Assembly (NCBI RefSeq): GCF_055900595.2
Contig: NZ_CM148325.1
Length of the DNA stretch: 64,000 nucleotides
Reading direction: 5' to 3' (one strand)
This document shows, in pieces, positions 21,580 to 39,398 of this stretch. A model generated the notes under the pieces. The model searched no databases. It saw only the letters and a program-made list of their open reading frames with translations, and was not told the DNA's origin. A program made the translations under genes and the position numbers. Numbering within the stretch: position 1 is the first letter of the stretch; each line of letters starts with the position of its first letter.

Positions 21580-24285
21580 TTATTGCAGGCGACCGTGGCA
21601 CTGCTTGTATTTTTTACCAGAACCGCACGGACAAGGATCATTACGTCCAACTTTGCGTTCACCGGTTTGTGCCGCCAGTGCAGCTGCGGCTGCAGAGTCG
21701 TCATCCTGATGGCTAAGCTGCTGCATTTGCGCTAAACGCTCGGCTTCCATACGACGCTGTTGTTCCAGCTCCTCAACCTCTTCAGGCATACGTACCTGGA
21801 CTTTGCTCAGCGTGCTGATGACTTCATATTTCAGCGACTCCAGCATCGCTGCAAACATGGAGAACGATTCACGTTTGTATTCCTGCTTCGGATCTTTCTG
21901 TGCATAGCCACGCAGGTGGATACCTTGACGCAGATAATCCATCGCCGCCAGGTGCTCTTTCCACAGGGAGTCAAGCGTTTGCAGCATGACGCCTTTCTCG
22001 AAGTGACGCATCATCTCAGCGCCAACCACTTCTTCTTTACGCTGATACACTTCGATGGACTGCGCCAGAATACGCTCACGCAGCGTCTCTTCATGCAGTT
22101 CTGGCTCTTTGTCCAGCCACTCGGCAATCGGCAAATCGAGGTCGAAATCGTTCTTCAGACGTTCCTGCAGCCCCGGAATATCCCACATTTCTTCCAGCGA
22201 CTGCGGCGGAATGTAGGCATCGATGGTCGCTTTGAACACATCTTCACGAATGCTGTTGATGGTATCGCTCACATCGCTGACATCCAGCAGTTCATTACGC
22301 TGGGAATAAATAGCGCGACGCTGATCGTTAGCCACGTCATCATATTCCAGCAGTTGCTTACGAATATCGAAGTTACGGCTTTCAACTTTACGCTGAGCGT
22401 TGGCAATCGCTTTTGTCACCCACGGGTGCTCGATGGCTTCGCCTGGTTTCATACCCAGTTTACGCATCATGCCGGAAACACGGTCAGAAGCAAAAATACG
22501 CATCAGCGCATCTTCCATCGACAGGTAGAAACGGGAAGAACCGGCATCCCCCTGGCGCCCAGAACGACCGCGTAACTGGTTATCGATACGACGAGATTCG
22601 TGACGTTCTGTACCGATGATATGCAGACCACCTGCAGCCAGTACCGCATCGTGACGCACCTGCCAGTCGGCTTTGATTTTTTCAATTTGCTCTGCGGTCG
22701 GATTTTCCAGCGCGGCAACTTCTGCCTGCCAGCTACCACCGAGCACAATATCTGTACCACGACCCGCCATGTTAGTCGCGATAGTCACCGCCGCCGGATA
22801 ACCCGCTTGTGCAACAATCGCTGCTTCGTTAGCGTGGAATTTGGCGTTCAGAACGTTGTGTTTGATACCGGCTTTGGTCAGTTCGTTTGACACCAGCTCA
22901 GATTTTTCGATGGAGATAGTACCCACCAGCACCGGCTGGCCTTTCGCAGTACGTTCTTTGATATCTTCAATGATCGCCTGAATTTTTTCCGCTTCAGTCA
23001 TGTAGACCAGGTCCGGCAGATCTTTACGAATCATTGGACGGTTGGTCGGAACAACGACGGTATCCAGCTTATAGATGGAGCTGAATTCGAAAGCTTCGGT
23101 ATCAGCAGTACCGGTCATCCCCGCCAGTTTTTCATACAGACGGAAGTAGTTCTGGAAGGTGATCGACGCCAGCGTCTGGTTTTCGTTCTGGATCTGTACA
23201 CCTTCTTTCGCTTCCACTGCCTGATGCAGGCCATCGGACCAACGACGTCCCTGCATGGTACGACCGGTGTGTTCGTCAACGATGATAACTTCACCATCTT
23301 TAACGATGTAGTCGACGTCTCGGGTAAACAGCGCATGAGCGCGCAGCGCCGCCGTTACGTGGTGCATCAGCATGATGTTGGCCGGAGAGTACAGAGACTC
23401 CCCTTCATCCATGATGCCTTCTTTCACCAGCAGTTCTTCAATCAGCACCAGACCACGTTCGGTCAGGTTCACCTGGCGAGATTTTTCGTCCACCGAGAAG
23501 TGGCCTTCGCCCTGGAAGGTTTCGGAGTCTTCTTTTTCCTGACGGATCAGGTGCGGAATAATTTTATTCACGCGTTTATACATTTCCGAGCTGTCTTCTG
23601 CCGGGCCGGAAATGATCAGCGGTGTACGCGCTTCATCGATCAGGATGGAGTCCACTTCGTCCACCAGCGCATAGTGCAGTTTACGCTGTACACGTTCTTC
23701 AGGGCTGAACGCCATGTTATCGCGCAGGTAGTCAAAGCCGTATTCGTTGTTCGTACCGTAAGTGATGTCAGCTGCGTAAGCTTCACGCTTCGCCGGTGCT
23801 GGCATACCCGGCAGGTTGATACCGACTGTCAGGCCGAGGAATTCAAACAGCGGACGGTTGTTTTCGGCGTCACGTTGCGCCAGGTAGTCGTTGACGGTAA
23901 CAACGTGTACGCCCTTACCGGTTAATGCGTTCAGGTAAGCAGGCAGCGTTGCGGTCAGGGTTTTACCTTCACCGGTACGCATTTCCGCGATGCAGCGTTC
24001 GTTAAGAACCATACCGCCGAGTAACTGAACGTCGAAGTGACGCATACCAAAGACGCGCTTACTTGCCTCACGCACTACAGCGAAAGCTTCTGGGATCAGA
24101 TTTTCCAGCACTTCGCCTTTTTCCAGACGTGCACGAAACTCTGCAGTTTTCCCTTTAAGTTCTTCGTCGGAGAGTTTTTCCATCTCCGGTTCCATGGCAT
24201 TGATAATGTTGACGACTTTGCGCATCCGGCGCAGGGTGCGATCGTTACGACTACCGAAAACTTTAGTTAATAATTTGATTAGCAT
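21580..24285 (-). CDS. secA: preprotein translocase ATPase SecA
   Basis: ORF track 901 aa; Walker [10 protein letters not shown]-terminal zinc finger [14 protein letters not shown]. Confidence 0.95.
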   Translation of the reverse strand: MLIKLLTKVFGSRNDRTLRRMRKVVNIINAMEPEMEKLSDEELKGKTAEFRARLEKGEVLENLIPEAFAVVREASKRVFGMRHFDVQLLGGMVLNERCIAEMRTGEGKTLTATLPAYLNALTGKGVHVVTVNDYLAQRDAENNRPLFEFLGLTVGINLPGMPAPAKREAYAADITYGTNNEYGFDYLRDNMAFSPEERVQRKLHYALVDEVDSILIDEARTPLIISGPAEDSSEMYKRVNKIIPHLIRQEKEDSETFQGEGHFSVDEKSRQVNLTERGLVLIEELLVKEGIMDEGESLYSPANIMLMHHVTAALRAHALFTRDVDYIVKDGEVIIVDEHTGRTMQGRRWSDGLHQAVEAKEGVQIQNENQTLASITFQNYFRLYEKLAGMTGTADTEAFEFSSIYKLDTVVVPTNRPMIRKDLPDLVYMTEAEKIQAIIEDIKERTAKGQPVLVGTISIEKSELVSNELTKAGIKHNVLNAKFHANEAAIVAQAGYPAAVTIATNMAGRGTDIVLGGSWQAEVAALENPTAEQIEKIKADWQVRHDAVLAAGGLHIIGTERHESRRIDNQLRGRSGRQGDAGSSRFYLSMEDALMRIFASDRVSGMMRKLGMKPGEAIEHPWVTKAIANAQRKVESRNFDIRKQLLEYDDVANDQRRAIYSQRNELLDVSDVSDTINSIREDVFKATIDAYIPPQSLEEMWDIPGLQERLKNDFDLDLPIAEWLDKEPELHEETLRERILAQSIEVYQRKEEVVGAEMMRHFEKGVMLQTLDSLWKEHLAAMDYLRQGIHLRGYAQKDPKQEYKRESFSMFAAMLESLKYEVISTLSKVQVRMPEEVEELEQQRRMEAERLAQMQQLSHQDDDSAAAAALAAQTGERKVGRNDPCPCGSGKKYKQCHGRLQ

Positions 24286-24346
24286 AATAAAATCTCAAAC
24301 GCCCCGTGTTGCGGAGTCAATAAAATGAAATAAAAGTTTATCGTTG

Positions 24347-25027
<681 letters not shown>

Positions 25028-25089
25028 TCACCTGGCCGGAGAGAGTGCCAGATTTGCCAGTCGAATTTTATACGACAGTATAAATGTCG

Positions 25090-26028
<939 letters not shown>

Positions 26029-26107
26029 CTATCCAACCGAAGTGTACTATACATTCGGCGGGCCAGTTTAGCACAAAGAGCCTCGAAACCCAAATTCCAG
26101 TCAATTC

Positions 26108-27259
26108 TTAATCAGCTTGCTTACGCAGGAATGCTGGGATATCCAGATAATCCGGCTCTTTCGCAGTTTGCGGCGCATTGTCATTCACGACTTTAGCAAC
26201 CGGCTTCTGCTCCTGGGTCAGCGGAGCCATCCCGTGCTGCTGGTAGCGATCCATCACTGGCTGCTGAACCTGCTTATTGGTCACCAGAGTGATTTCAGGA
26301 CGTTTGTCCATACCGATACCTGTCGCAACAACAGTTACGCGCAGCTCGTCATTCATATCCGGGTCAAGAGAAGTACCGATAACGACAGTTGCGTTGTCGG
26401 ATGCAAATGCACGGATGGTGTTACCTACCGTTTCGAACTCATCCAGACGCAGGTCGAAGCCCGCCGTGATGTTAACCAGCACGCCGCGCGCGCCAGACAG
26501 ATCGATATCTTCCAGCAGCGGAGAGGAGATAGCCATTTCAGCAGCTTCTTCCGCACGGTCTTCGCCGCTCGCCACACCAGAACCCATCATTGCGTAGCCC
26601 ATTTCAGACATTACGGTACGTACGTCTGCAAAGTCCACGTTCATCAGGCCTGGACGAGTAATCAGTTCAGCGATACCTTGCACAGCACCTTTCAGTACAT
26701 CGTTCGCTGCGCCAAATGCATCCAGCAGGGAGATACCGCGGCCCAAGACTTTCAGCAGTTTGTCGTTAGGGATAGTGATCAGAGAGTCCACATGCTTGGA
26801 CAGTTCAGTGATCCCCTGCTCAGCGAATGCCATACGCTTCTTGCCTTCAAAGTTGAAAGGCTTAGTCACGACAGCAACGGTCAGGATCCCCAAATCTTTT
26901 GCCACTTCAGCGACAACTGGTGCTGCACCAGTACCGGTACCACCACCCATACCCGCAGCAATAAAGACCATGTCTGCACCTTCCAGCGCCGCACGCAGTG
27001 CATCGCGATCCTCATCAGCCGCATTACGGCCAACTTCTGGATTTGCGCCAGCTCCCAGTCCTTTGGTGATACCGCTACCGATTTGAATCGTCTGTCCAAC
27101 CGCTGTTTTACGCAGCGCTTGTGCATCGGTATTTACCGCGAAGAATTCAACACCTTCAATGCGCTCGCGCACCATGTGTTCAACAGCATTACCGCCGCCG
27201 CCGCCGACGCCGATGACTTTAATCACCGCGTCATTGGTAAGTTCCATTGGTTCAAACAT
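26108..27259 (-). CDS. ftsZ: cell division GTPase FtsZ
   Basis: ORF track 383 aa; tubulin signature GGGTGTG. Confidence 0.96.
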
Positions 27260-27319
27260 AGTTTCTCTCCGATTTGTGCCTGTCGCCTGAGGCCGTAATT
27301 ATCGTCGACCTCATAAAAA

Positions 27320-28582
27320 TTAAAACTCTTTTCGCAGCCAACTATTGAGTCGCTTGATCCACGAGCCAACTGATGCTGTAACACGTTTTTCTACTTCAGC
27401 TTCACCGTTAAGATGTGACTCTTTCCCATAGTGAAGCAATCCCACCGCCGTCGAATAATACGGCTCCTGAGCATAATCCGTTAAACCGGTAATGTTCAGC
27501 GGCGCGCCGATACGCACTTGCGTATGAAACACGCGCTGAGCACAGGCTGCAAGACCTTCGATCTGCGCTGCGCCACCAGTTAAAACAATGCCTGCCGCCA
27601 GGTGATGTTTAACCCCTTGTTGGCGAAGCTTTTCCTGCAACTGCAATATCTCTTCGTTGACCAGGTTGAGCAGCTCGGTATAGCGCGGCTCGATCACCTC
27701 TGCCAGGGTCTGACGTTGCAGACTCCGCGGTGGACGACCGCCTACGCTCGGCACTTCCACGCTCTCATCTTTTCCAACGATGGAACCCAGCGCACAACCG
27801 TGGCGAACTTTAATCGCTTCGGCGTCGCTTGGCGGCGTGCCAAAGGCGTAAGCGATATCACTGGTCACGACATTGCCAGCATAAGGAATTACCTTAGTGT
27901 GGCGCAATGCCCCACCGGTATAAACGGCGATATCCATTGTACCACCACCGATATCGACGACGCAGACACCCAGTTCACGTTCATCTTCCGTCAATACCGA
28001 ATAACTTGATGCCAGTCCGGCAAATATCAGTTGGTCAACTTTCAGCCCACAACGTTCAACCGCTTTGACGATGTTTTTCGCCATATCGTTGTGACATGTG
28101 ATCAGGTGCACTTTTGCCTGCATCCGCACGCCCGAAAGTCCTACCGGATTCTTGATCCCTTCCTGATAGTCAATCGCATACTCTTGCGGGATCACATGCA
28201 GCACACGATGCTCATCGCGCACACGCACTGATTTCGCGGTATGGACGACGTTTTCCACATCTTCTTGCGTCACTTCTTCTTCAGAAATAGGCACCATACC
28301 AATTTCATTCTGGCAGCTGATGTGCTTACCAGAAAGCGCCAGATATACCGAAGAGATCTGACAATCTGCCATCAATTCTGCCTGGTCAATGGCGCGTTGT
28401 ACGCACTTGACCACGGATTCGAGGTCGTTCACCCCGCCTTTATCCATACCACGCGACGGGCAGCTGCCCACGCCAATGATATTGACCATACCGTCGGGCA
28501 GAACTTCCCCTACTAAAGCGGCAACCTTCGCGGTACCAATCTCCAGTCCTACTACCAGTTTTCTGTCCGTCGCCTTGATCAT
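27320..28582 (-). CDS. ftsA: cell division protein FtsA (actin-like ATPase)
   Basis: ORF track 420 aa. Confidence 0.95.
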   Translation of the reverse strand: MIKATDRKLVVGLEIGTAKVAALVGEVLPDGMVNIIGVGSCPSRGMDKGGVNDLESVVKCVQRAIDQAELMADCQISSVYLALSGKHISCQNEIGMVPISEEEVTQEDVENVVHTAKSVRVRDEHRVLHVIPQEYAIDYQEGIKNPVGLSGVRMQAKVHLITCHNDMAKNIVKAVERCGLKVDQLIFAGLASSYSVLTEDERELGVCVVDIGGGTMDIAVYTGGALRHTKVIPYAGNVVTSDIAYAFGTPPSDAEAIKVRHGCALGSIVGKDESVEVPSVGGRPPRSLQRQTLAEVIEPRYTELLNLVNEEILQLQEKLRQQGVKHHLAAGIVLTGGAAQIEGLAACAQRVFHTQVRIGAPLNITGLTDYAQEPYYSTAVGLLHYGKESHLNGEAEVEKRVTASVGSWIKRLNSWLRKEF

Positions 28583-29409
28583 TGTTGTTCTGCCTGTGCC
28601 TGATTTTGTTGCTGAGTAGATTCCTCTGGCGGCAAGGGCGCCCAGCCTACTGCCGCTCCAGAGTCATAACGCAAATCAACGTAGCTAATCCGTTTGCCAT
28701 CGGTTTGCGCCTGCTGCTGTAAAACCGGATAAAGTTCTACAAAGCGAGCCAAACGTTTCATCGTATCGCCCCGGCCAAGATTGAGCTTAATATCGTTATT
28801 CAGCGTCAACTGCCAGGAACGCCGCGCGGTCATCGCCGCTTCCTTCAGAGTAAATCTGTCCTTTGCCAGCATCTGCCCCATTTCGCGATAGCCCTGCAAC
28901 ACTTCATTGGCGCTGCCTTCCGGGCCATACAGCATTGGAAGCACCTGCTTGCTGGTGCGATCTGGCGGCACGCTGAAAGTGTTTCCTTCCGCGTCTACCA
29001 TATGTTGATCATTCCACCGCGCAATCGGCACATATTCAACCAGATGAATCTTCAATTCATCAGGCCACTGCTTTCTGACGCTCACCTGCTTAATCCACGG
29101 CAGGCGTTGTTCTATTTGCGTCTGGATGATGTTGACATCCTGGGTCATAAAGGTACCTGGCTCACCCAATGCCAGGATCGACTGCCGGATATCGTCATTA
29201 CGCGTGTAATGGCGTTCACCGGTCAACACCAGCTTTGAGAGCGGCAGGCGTTGCGCATCTTCCATCCAGCCCAACACGACCCAGCCGCTCACCAACACTG
29301 TCGTTAAAACGGTCAGCAGGAAAAGGATCCCCGCCAGACGCGTTCCATTATTGCGGCGAGAAGAAACCTCTTCTTCGCTGTTTCGCGTGTTCAGAGCAGC
29401 CTGCGACAT
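28579..29409 (-). CDS. ftsQ: cell division protein FtsQ
   Basis: ORF track 276 aa; single TM segment; stop overlaps ftsA start (ATGA). Confidence 0.93.
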   Translation of the reverse strand: MSQAALNTRNSEEEVSSRRNNGTRLAGILFLLTVLTTVLVSGWVVLGWMEDAQRLPLSKLVLTGERHYTRNDDIRQSILALGEPGTFMTQDVNIIQTQIEQRLPWIKQVSVRKQWPDELKIHLVEYVPIARWNDQHMVDAEGNTFSVPPDRTSKQVLPMLYGPEGSANEVLQGYREMGQMLAKDRFTLKEAAMTARRSWQLTLNNDIKLNLGRGDTMKRLARFVELYPVLQQQAQTDGKRISYVDLRYDSGAAVGWAPLPPEESTQQQNQAQAEQQ

Positions 29410-29410
29410 A

Positions 29411-31799
<2,389 letters not shown>

Positions 31800-31852
31800 T
31801 CTTTACGCCATTAACTTCTTACATTCATACGATGCAAAAGGCATCGCTACAA

Positions 31853-32920
31853 TTACGCCCGGGCAGCCCGGCTCACTTCATTTGCCACTCGCTCGGTGGC
31901 ATCCGGAATGGATGCAGCACGGGCGCGTTCTGCCATGGTTAATAAGGTTTCTCGCGACCACCCGGCCAGGGTGTTGGCGACTGCATCCACGCTAAGCTGT
32001 GGCTGCTCGATAATTTTGGCTGCGCCCGCTTTTTCCAGCGGTAGCGCATTCCAGTATTGCTGGCGGTCTTTATGTTGAAACGGCACAAACAATGCCGGTA
32101 GCCCCGCTGCGGCAATTTCACTCACCGTTAACGCGCCGGAGCGGCAAACAACGACATCTGCCCACGCATACGCTGCCGCCATATCATCAATAAATTCCGT
32201 CACTTTATGCTGCGGTTGCCCTGCTTCGGCATATGCCTGTTCAACGGTTTGTTGCGAACCTTTGCCGCTCTGATGCCAGATAGTGACTGAATCGCCCAGC
32301 TTTGCTGCAACCTGCGGCATTGTTTGGTTAAGAATACGAGCGCCCTGAGAACCGCCCACTACCAACACACGAACCGGACCTTCACGACCAGCCAAACGTT
32401 GCTGCGGCAGTGGCAACGCCAACACATCGGTACGAACAGGATTACCCACCACTTCCGCATTAGGGAAAGCGCCTGGAAACGCCTGCATCACTTTGGTGGC
32501 AATCTTCGCCAGCCATTTATTGGTTAAGCCCGCAATACCGTTTTGTTCATGAAGTACAACCGGAATGCCTAACGACCACGCAGCCAGTCCACCTGGACCT
32601 GATACGTAGCCGCCCATACCGAGCACCACATCAGGTTTGAACGCTTTCATAATCGCCCGCGCCTGACGCCAGGCGTTAAAGATTCGCAGCGGTGCGGCAA
32701 TCAGTGCTTTTATACCTTTACCACGCAGACCAGAGATACGAATGAAATCAATTTCGATGCCATGTTTTGGCACTAAGTCCGCTTCCATACGGTCGGCAGT
32801 CCCTAACCAGCGAACTTGCCAACCCTGAGCCATTAGATGGTGCGCAACCGCCAGTCCCGGGAACACATGTCCACCGGTTCCGCCGGCCATCACCATTAAT
32901 CGCTTTCCTTGACCACTCAT
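31853..32920 (-). CDS. murG: UDP-GlcNAc:undecaprenyl-PP-MurNAc-pentapeptide GlcNAc transferase
   Basis: ORF track 355 aa. Confidence 0.94.
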   Translation of the reverse strand: MSGQGKRLMVMAGGTGGHVFPGLAVAHHLMAQGWQVRWLGTADRMEADLVPKHGIEIDFIRISGLRGKGIKALIAAPLRIFNAWRQARAIMKAFKPDVVLGMGGYVSGPGGLAAWSLGIPVVLHEQNGIAGLTNKWLAKIATKVMQAFPGAFPNAEVVGNPVRTDVLALPLPQQRLAGREGPVRVLVVGGSQGARILNQTMPQVAAKLGDSVTIWHQSGKGSQQTVEQAYAEAGQPQHKVTEFIDDMAAAYAWADVVVCRSGALTVSEIAAAGLPALFVPFQHKDRQQYWNALPLEKAGAAKIIEQPQLSVDAVANTLAGWSRETLLTMAERARAASIPDATERVANEVSRAARA

Positions 32921-34161
32921 CGTGAACCTCGTACAAACGCCTGCGCTTTCTCCAGACGCGTTTCATAATCAATACGCAACAGCATCATGATGGCTGTCGA
33001 CATAATAAGTAAGCTCGAACCACCGTAACTGATCAGCGGTAATGTCAGACCTTTGGTCGGTAACATCCCCGCTGCCGCGCCTACGTTAACCAGCGCCTGG
33101 AAACTAAACCAGATGCCAATGGAACAGGCGAGAAAACCGGAAAAACGATGGTCAATTTCTAATGCTTTACGGCCAATCGACATCGCACGAAAAGCGACGA
33201 AGAATACCATTAAAAGTGCCAGCACCACACCGACATACCCCAGTTCTTCGCCGATAATGGCGAAAATAAAGTCAGTGTGTGCTTCCGGCAGATACTCCAG
33301 TTTTTGAACCGAGTTACCTAAACCTTGCCCCCACAGTTCGCCGCGACCAAACGCCATCAGCGATTGCGTTAACTGATAGCCGCTACCAAAGGGATCTTCC
33401 CACGGATTCCAGAATGCGGTAACACGGCGGATACGGTACGGTTCGGCGAGGATCAGTAACACAACCGCTGAAATCCCCATGCCGATAATGGCAATGAACT
33501 GCCACAATTTCGCCCCCGCCAGGAACAACATCGCCAGCGTGGTCACAAACAGCACCACCACCGTACCAAGGTCTGGCTGTGCCAGCAGTAACACTGCCAA
33601 CACCAGAATCACGCCCATCGGTTTCAAGAAGCCGCGCAGGTTATTACGCACTTCGTCGCCTTTACGCACCAGATAGTTGGCGATATAGCAAAACAGCGAC
33701 AGTTTTGTCAGCTCCGCAGGCTGGATACGCAGCAAGCCGAGATCGATCCAACGCGATGCCCCTTTAACAGAGCTACCCACTACCAGAACGATCATCAACA
33801 GGATGATTGAACCGAGTAGCATCGTAGCGCTGTAACGTTGCCAGAACTCCATCGGCAGACGCAGCGTAATGATCGCCAGAATGAACGCCAGGATCAGGTA
33901 GACGCCATCACGCTTAGCGAAGAAAAAGGGATCGTTAGTCAAGCGTTGTCCGATAGGCATTGATGCGGACGTCACCATGATAAAGCCGATCGCCGCGAGG
34001 CCGAAGGTCAGCCACAGTAAGGTGCGATCGTACATGATCAGGCTTTCGGTATCTTTTTCCCGCGAGCCCATCACCCAGCCCTTTAGCGCCGTGGAGATCC
34101 AGACCAGGATACTGAATCCTGGCAGGCGCGGCATTTTCAGGCGAGGGAGAGATAAACGCAT
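32917..34161 (-). CDS. ftsW: peptidoglycan glycosyltransferase / lipid II flippase-family protein FtsW (SEDS)
   Basis: Track ORF 32917..34164 (TTG) trimmed to ATG 34159-34161, [16 protein letters not shown]... 414 aa; multi-TM. Confidence 0.92.
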   Translation of the reverse strand: MRLSLPRLKMPRLPGFSILVWISTALKGWVMGSREKDTESLIMYDRTLLWLTFGLAAIGFIMVTSASMPIGQRLTNDPFFFAKRDGVYLILAFILAIITLRLPMEFWQRYSATMLLGSIILLMIVLVVGSSVKGASRWIDLGLLRIQPAELTKLSLFCYIANYLVRKGDEVRNNLRGFLKPMGVILVLAVLLLAQPDLGTVVVLFVTTLAMLFLAGAKLWQFIAIIGMGISAVVLLILAEPYRIRRVTAFWNPWEDPFGSGYQLTQSLMAFGRGELWGQGLGNSVQKLEYLPEAHTDFIFAIIGEELGYVGVVLALLMVFFVAFRAMSIGRKALEIDHRFSGFLACSIGIWFSFQALVNVGAAAGMLPTKGLTLPLISYGGSSLLIMSTAIMMLLRIDYETRLEKAQAFVRGSR

Positions 34162-35477
34162 CAACCTAACTCCTTCGCCAGACGGGCAAACTCATTGCCT
34201 CGTTGTTCAAAGTTCTTGAATTGATCAAGGCTGGCACAGGCCGGGGAGAGCAGAACCATATCTCCTGGTTGAACACGCGGAGCCAGCAAGCGCATCGCCT
34301 GTTCCATGGTTTCGGTTTGTTCTGCCACTTCCGGGCGCAGTGCCGCCAGCTGTGCGCCGTCACGACCGAAACAATACAAACGTACGTTATCGCCATTCAG
34401 GTAACGTGCCAGCGGACTAAAGTCCGCCGATTTACCATCGCCGCCCAGCAACAAATGCAGCGTGCCATCTACGTGCAGGCCATTCAGCGCCGCTTCCGTA
34501 CTGCCGACATTGGTCGCTTTCGAGTCGTTAATCCAGCGCACACCGTTATGTTCCAGCACCACTTCAAAGCGATGCGGCAAACCAGTGAACGTAGTTAACG
34601 CTTTCAGGCTACTGGCGCGTGGCAAACCAGCTGCGTCTGCCAGCGCCAGTGCCGCCAGCGCATTGGTGTAGTTATGCTGACCGGAAAGTTTCATCTCTTT
34701 CACGTTCAACACTTTCTCGCCTTTCACCCGCAGCCAGGTTTCACCCTGCTGATGATTCAAGTGATAGTCGCCCATATTGATACCAAAGCTAACGCAGCGT
34801 TCATCCGCACCACGAATCGGCATTGTTAAGGCATCATCAGCATTAACCACGCAAACTTTCGCATTTTCATAAATGCGCAGTTTTGCCGCACGATACTGCT
34901 GTAAACCAAATGGATAGCGATCCATATGATCTTCTGTCACGTTCAGAATGGTCGCTGCCACCGCCTGTAAACTGGAGGTGGTTTCAAGCTGGAAGCTCGA
35001 CAGCTCCAGCACGTACAGTTCGCACTCATCATCCAGCAGCATCAACGCAGGCAGGCCAATATTGCCACCCACACCAACGTTAACCCCCGCCGCTTTCGCC
35101 ATTTCACCCACTAGCGTGGTGACCGTGCTTTTGCCGTTAGAACCGGTAATCGCCACAATCGGTGCTTGTGCTTCGCGACAGAACAGCTCGATATCGCCAA
35201 CGATTTCGATTCCGGCATCAGCGGCAGCGCTTAAGGATGGATGCGCCAGTGCAATACCGGGACTGGCGACAATCAGATCGGCCGCCATCAGCCATTCATC
35301 ATTCAGACCGCCCGTGTGGCGTTCTACGGCTTCGGGTAATTTATCCAGGCCAGGCGGTGTCATACGCGTATCCATAACGCGCGGCGTCACACCGCGAGCG
35401 AGGAAAAAGTCCACGCAAGAAAGCCCGGTGAGGCCCAGGCCGATAATGACGACATTTTTACCCTGGTAATCAGCCAT
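34161..35477 (-). CDS. murD: UDP-N-acetylmuramoylalanine--D-glutamate ligase
   Basis: ORF track 438 aa; stop shares 1 nt with ftsW start. Confidence 0.94.
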   Translation of the reverse strand: MADYQGKNVVIIGLGLTGLSCVDFFLARGVTPRVMDTRMTPPGLDKLPEAVERHTGGLNDEWLMAADLIVASPGIALAHPSLSAAADAGIEIVGDIELFCREAQAPIVAITGSNGKSTVTTLVGEMAKAAGVNVGVGGNIGLPALMLLDDECELYVLELSSFQLETTSSLQAVAATILNVTEDHMDRYPFGLQQYRAAKLRIYENAKVCVVNADDALTMPIRGADERCVSFGINMGDYHLNHQQGETWLRVKGEKVLNVKEMKLSGQHNYTNALAALALADAAGLPRASSLKALTTFTGLPHRFEVVLEHNGVRWINDSKATNVGSTEAALNGLHVDGTLHLLLGGDGKSADFSPLARYLNGDNVRLYCFGRDGAQLAALRPEVAEQTETMEQAMRLLAPRVQPGDMVLLSPACASLDQFKNFEQRGNEFARLAKELG

Positions 35478-35479
35478 GA

Positions 35480-36562
35480 TTAACGTACCTTCAGCGTTGC
35501 CAGACCAATCAGGACCAGCATCAGCGAAATAATCCAGAAACGTACAATGACGCGCGGTTCCGGCCAGCCTTTCAGTTCATAGTGGTGATGAATCGGTGCC
35601 ATGCGGAAAATACGTTGTCCGCGCAGTTTAAAGGAGCCGACCTGCAAAATAACCGACAGGGTTTCAACGACAAACACGCCGCCCATAATCACCAGCAGGA
35701 ATTCCTGACGCAGCAGTACGGCGATAATGCCCAGCGCGCCACCTAACGCCAGCGAACCTACATCGCCCATAAAGACCTGCGCCGGATAGGTGTTAAACCA
35801 CAAGAAGCCCAGCCCTGCCCCGACTATCGCGGTACAGACAATGACCAGTTCCCCGGCGTGTCGCAGATACGGTATGTGTAAATAGCTGGCAAAATTCATG
35901 TTGCCGGTTGCCCATGCCACCAGCGCAAAACCACCGGCGACGAATACAGTCGGCATAATCGCCAGGCCATCAAGACCATCGGTCAGGTTTACCGCGTTGC
36001 CGGTGCCCACAATGACGAAGTAAGCCAGCAGAATGTAGAACAGCCCCAACTGCGGCATCACATCTTTAAAGAACGGGACCACCAGCTGCGTTGCAGGCGT
36101 GTCTTTCCCGGCAAGGTACAAAGCAAAAGCAACACCCAGCGCAATAACCGACATCCAGAAATACTTCCAGCGAGCAATCAACCCCTTGGTGTCTTTACGC
36201 ACCACTTTGCGATAGTCATCAACGAAGCCAATAACACCGTAACCGACCAGCACGACCAACACGCACCAGACATACGGGTTGGACGGGTATGCCCACAGCA
36301 GCACGGAGATCACAATCGCTGTCAGGATCATAATCCCGCCCATGGTCGGCGTACCGCGCTTGCTGAAGTGTGATTCAGGACCGTCGTTACGCACCACCTG
36401 ACCAAAGGAGAGTTTTTGTAAATGAGCAATCATGCGCGGGCCCATCCACAATGAGATGAACAGCGCAGTCAGCAGGCTGACGATGGCGCGAAACGTCAGA
36501 TAGGAAAAGACGTTAAAGCCGGAATAATATTTGACCAAATGTTCGGCCAGCCAAACTAACAT
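35480..36562 (-). CDS. mraY: phospho-N-acetylmuramoyl-pentapeptide transferase
   Basis: ORF track 360 aa; multi-TM. Confidence 0.94.
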
Positions 36563-37914
36563 GTCCCATTCTCCTGTAAAGCGCGTACTACCTCTTCCAT
36601 GGCAGCACTACGTGAACCCTTAACTAAAATTGTAATTACCTGTTGCTCAGCAATCAGTGATTTAAGACGTGTGATAAGCGCAGTTTTATCGGCAAAATGT
36701 TCACCAACGCCGCTGGCGGTACTGATAGCATGGCTTTGTTTACCCACACTTAACACGCGGTCAATACCCGCTGCCTTCGCCGCTTCGCCCACCTGTACAT
36801 GGCAGGCCTCGCTTTCAGCGCCCAGTTCCGCCATATCGCCCACCACCAGCACACGGTAGCCCGGCATTTCAGCCAGTACCTGAACAGCGGCGGTCATGGA
36901 GCCGACGTTAGCGTTGTAGGAGTCGTCGAGCAGCAACTGATTTTCCGCCAGTTGAATGGGGAACAGACGGCCAGGAACAGCTTTCAGATTTGCCAGCCCC
37001 GCTTTAATAGCATCAAGCGTTGCGCCCACGGACATGGAGAGCGCAGCGGCTGCCAGAGCATTCGCAATATTGTGACGCCCCGGCAACGGCAGCAGAACAT
37101 CGACGCTACCCGTTGGGGTTTGCAGCGTAAATTCCGTACCGTGCGAGGTCACGTGGATATTGGTGGCGGTGAAATCGCTGTTGTTAGCATTCGGTGAGAA
37201 GCGCCACACTTTGCGTGAGCCAATCACACTCTGCCAGTTCAGCCAGTCGTTGTTGTCGGCATTCATAATGGCGATACCGTTTTCCGGCAGACCGGTAAAG
37301 ATTTCGCCTTTCGCTTTCGCGACACCCGCAAGCGAGCCAAAACCTTCCAGATGCGCCGCTGCCAGGTTGTTGACCAGCGCCGCTTCCGGGCGAGTCAGAC
37401 TCACAGTCCAGGCAATTTCGCCCTGATGGTTCGCGCCAAGTTCAATTACTGCGTAATCGTACTCTGGCGTTAAGCGCAACAGCGTCATCGGTACACCGAT
37501 GTCGTTGTTGAGATTGCCTGCCGTATAAAGCGTGTTGCCACACTGGCTTAAAATCGCCGCCGTCATCTCTTTAACGGAGGTTTTGCCGGAGGAACCGGTC
37601 AGAGCAACCACGCGCGCCGGAACTTGCTGGCGAACCCATGCAGCCAGTTCACCAAACGCCAGACGCGTATCCTTGACGATTAACTGCGGCAGATCGATAT
37701 CCAGCGGACGGCTAACCAGTAGTGCACCCGCACCGCCAGCTTTCGCCTGGTCAGCAAAATCATGGGCATCGAAACGTTCGCCTTTCAGGGCAACAAACAG
37801 GCAGCCCGGCGTCAGTTTTCGCGTGTCAGTGGTTACAGCATCAAGGGTAATATCTGCACCTTGCAGTTCACCGTTGAGAATATCGGTAAGTTGGCTAAGG
37901 GTTACGCTAATCAT
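36556..37914 (-). CDS. murF: UDP-MurNAc-tripeptide--D-alanyl-D-alanine ligase
   Basis: ORF track 452 aa; overlaps mraY start by 7 nt. Confidence 0.94.
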
Positions 37915-39398
37915 GCAATCACCCCCAGCAGACGCGCCACCGTGACGCGATCGGAGTAGTCCAGACGCTGATTGCCAACAATCTGGTAATCCTCATGACC
38001 TTTGCCCGCGACCAGTACCACATCATTCTCTTTAGCCTGCATAACGGCGCAAGTCACCGCTTCAGCACGGCCTTCCATCACTTTGGCATGTCCGGCATCT
38101 AACATTCCCGCCAGAATATCGTTGATGATAGCGCGCGGTTCTTCGGTACGCGGGTTATCGTCCGTTACCACCGCCACGTCAGCAAATTCTTCCGCAATCG
38201 CGCCCATCAGTGGACGCTTACCTTTATCGCGATCGCCACCACAGCCAAAGACGCACCACAGCTTGCCTGCACAGTGAAGACGTGCAGCCTGCAAGGCTTT
38301 TTCCAGTGCATCCGGCGTATGCGCGTAATCCACCACTACCGTCGGTTTGCCTGGCGCAGTGAACACTTCCATACGTCCACAAACCGGCTGCAGGCGTGCG
38401 GCAGTTTTCAGCAGATCAGCCAGTGGATAGCCCAGCGCCAGCAGTGTCGCCAGCGCCAGCAGCAAGTTGCTGACGTTAAAAGCGCCCATCAGATGGCTTT
38501 CAATTTCGCCATCGCCCCAGCTTGAGCTAAAACGAATAGTCGCACCGCTGTCGTGATAGTTCACTTCAGTCGCTTTCAACCAGCGTCCGTGACAGTTCGG
38601 ATTGATATGACCTTCCATTGATACCGCAACCGCGTCCGGCAGTTTTGCCAGCCAGCGGCGGCCCACTTCATCGTCGGCGTTAATAATCGCCTGACCGCAA
38701 TGATGTTCAGAATAAAGCAGCCATTTCGCGGCTTCGTAGTGTTCCATATCACCATGATAATCAAGGTGATCGCGGCTTAAGTTGGTAAAGACCGACGCCG
38801 CAAATTTCAATGCCGCCACACGGTGCTGTACCAGTCCGTGGGAGGAAACTTCCATTGCGCAAAAAGTCGCGCCCTGATCCACCAGTCCCGCCAGCTCATG
38901 CTGAACATCGACTGCCGAACCGGTGGTATTTTCTGTCGGGATCACTTTTCCCAGCAGGCCGTTACCAACAGTCCCCATTACCGCGCTGGTTTCGCCAAGC
39001 AGTTGGCTCCACTGCGCCAGAAGCTGAGTAGTCGTAGTCTTGCCGTTGGTGCCCGTTACGCCCACGAGACGGAAATTGTCAGAGGGTTCATGGTAAAAGC
39101 GGCCCGCCAGTGCAGATAAACGCTCGTTGAGCTGGCTGAGATAGATGACTGGTACGCCGTGCATTTCACGGATTTCACCGTCGGTCGCCTCATCTTTCGC
39201 CTCTGCAATAATGGCAGCCACACCTTGCGCTATCGCCTGCGGGATATATCGACGCCCGTCCGCCTGATGACCTACTACAGCTACAAAGAGATCGCCCGCC
39301 GCAGCCACACGGCTGTCGAGTGTCATCTCTCGCAGTGCTCGCGAAGGTGCGTCTGGCACCCACGGAGCAAGAAGGTCGCGCAAATTACGATCTGCCAC
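37911..39398 (-). CDS. murE: UDP-MurNAc-L-Ala-D-Glu--2,6-diaminopimelate ligase
   Basis: ORF track 495 aa; ATGA overlap with murF. Confidence 0.94.

Noticed and set aside
21760-23925. Plus-strand ORFs of 271 and 233 aa
   Set aside because: Antisense shadows of secA.
26117-27298. 393-aa plus-strand ORF
   Set aside because: Antisense shadow of ftsZ.
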